A stretch of 64,000 nucleotides of DNA, taken from positions 20,832,001 to 20,896,000 of the forward strand of contig CM022679.1 of assembly GCA_012295275.1 (NCBI GenBank). The letters are read 5' to 3'. Shown here in pieces: positions 62,325 to 64,000 of this stretch; within the stretch, counting starts at the first letter, position 1; each line of letters begins with the position of its first letter. A model generated the notes under the pieces. The model was given only the letters and a program-made list of their open reading frames with translations. It did not search any database and was not told the DNA's origin. Position numbers and translations under genes: made by a program. The stretch is from Chrysomallon squamiferum. Lineage: Eukaryota; Animalia; Mollusca.

Positions 62325-63364
62325 ATCTTTATTTGTATCTTATCTTTGACATCTTTAAGTTTGGCTACAAACCAAACCTTATACATTGGTTGTGGTGGTC
62401 TTTCTTAAGTGGTCTGACTATAAATCAAACCCAAGACGTAGATTATGGTGGACATCTTTAAGTCAGTAATCCAAATCTTACACACAGGCTACGGATGACC
62501 GTCTTTAAGTTTAACTACAAACCCAATCCTACTGGTAGGTTGTGGTGGACTTTTTAAAGTCTGAAAATTAAGCTTTACTCTTATGTTATGTAATCCAAAG
62601 CTTACACATAGGTTGCAGACAACTATATTTAAGTTTGACTACAAAATTACACATAGGTTACTATGGACTTCTTAAAGTCTGTAAACCGAACCTTAGACAA
62701 ATTATGATGGACATCTTTAAGTTTGTCTATAAGTTAAATCTAAGACATAGATTATCGTGGACATCTTTAAATCTGTAATCCAAATCTTATACATGCGTTA
62801 TGGATGACGATCTTTAAGTTTGTCTACAAATCAGATTTTACACTTACGTTTTAGTGGACCTCTTTAAGTCTATGTATGAACAAAACATTACATAGGTCAT
62901 TGCGGATACGGATAGGTTTGTGTACAAATCAAATTTATCGTTTTGCACAACTTTAAGTTTACTGAAGCCAAGCCTGACATACAGATTATAGTGGATATCT
63001 ATATACTTATCTGAAAGAAAAACAAAATAAAAAATCTTACACACAGATACTTGTAAAAATGTTTGTTTGTCTGAAAAATAAGTCTTGCCTATAGGTATTT
63101 GTGGGTATTTTAATAATTTAGCCGTATGGATTTATGAATTCTGAATGTTATGATAATTTTGTTGATAATGTTGCCGGTATACTCCCGTTATTATCTTTTT
63201 TGTGTAGTCTGTGAAATTTCGCCACTGTACTTTTATATGAACTACGTGTTTTTGTTCGGAGGTTGTTGTGATTGAACATGCTCGTTAATCTTCTATTCTT
63301 CAGAGAAAACTGTGGAAATGAAGGCCATAACATTAACCAAATAGAAAGACACACATACACACAC

Positions 63365-63395
<31 letters not shown>

Positions 63396-63832
63396 TATAT
63401 ATATGGATGGATGAATGTAAGTATGTATGTATGTATGGATATCCATATAATATGTTAAATACACATATATCAATATGTAATTCTGCATAATATTTTATGT
63501 TATTATTCATATTTCTCAGGGTCCAGAAGATATATAAATATGTTGAATGTATTTGTTAGTAACTACATGAGCTTTTAATAATCATATATATATATAAAGA
63601 GAATATTTATGAACGTATCTACCATGGATTATTAATTTATGTAATATAGTAGTCTGTGAATCTACAAAACATTTTTAATTTAAGTCTGTCTGTCTTTGTA
63701 TGTCTGTATTATATTTTTACATCATTCTTTTAGGTTTTTATTTTTCAATCACTATCATTATAACATAATCCGATTTCAATTTTAAAAAAATGAAAAAATA
63801 ATAAAATAAATAAATTGAAAAAAAAAGATAAA

Positions 63833-63848
<16 letters not shown>

Positions 63849-63900
<52 letters not shown>
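63849..63900. repeat. (AAT)n microsatellite (others at ~58373-58420 and ~61843-61900)
   Basis: Directly visible. Confidence 0.9.
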
Positions 63901-63904
<4 letters not shown>

Positions 63905-64000
63905 TAGCAGTAGAAATTTTTTATTTTATTTTATGATCATATTAAATTTCGACTATCAGCATTTTTCACATGGTATCATTTACCTTACTGGTGTTCTTCT

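Overview
AT-rich, microsatellite-rich eukaryotic (invertebrate, probably molluscan) genomic DNA with GT-AG introns. I could splice six intron-containing genes by hand: (1) a 5'-truncated ZAP/PARP12-like CCCH-zinc-finger mono-ADP-ribosyltransferase (+, <3..10992) whose ZnF-WWE-WWE module is tandemly triplicated; (2) PIGQ (-, 12739..18143); (3) TBCD (+, 18734..39008, 37 exons), head-to-head with PIGQ; (4) RPP21 (-, 40950..42835), which is absent from the ORF track; (5) DXO (+, 43832..49147), head-to-head with RPP21; (6) a FAM20C-like secretory kinase (+, 57443..62324). Introns carry hAT, Tigger/pogo, mariner, Harbinger-like, SINE and LINE remnants. The most interesting signals are two. First, the PARP12-like gene is a modular, splice-phase-compatible array with a chimeric exon, a candidate ZAP-S-like short terminal exon and a frameshift in copy 3. 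Second, short tandem arrays are seeded on the stop-codon regions of two unrelated genes (RPP21, FAM20C) and on several splice sites. All gene identities come from recognising motifs by eye; no database searches were run.
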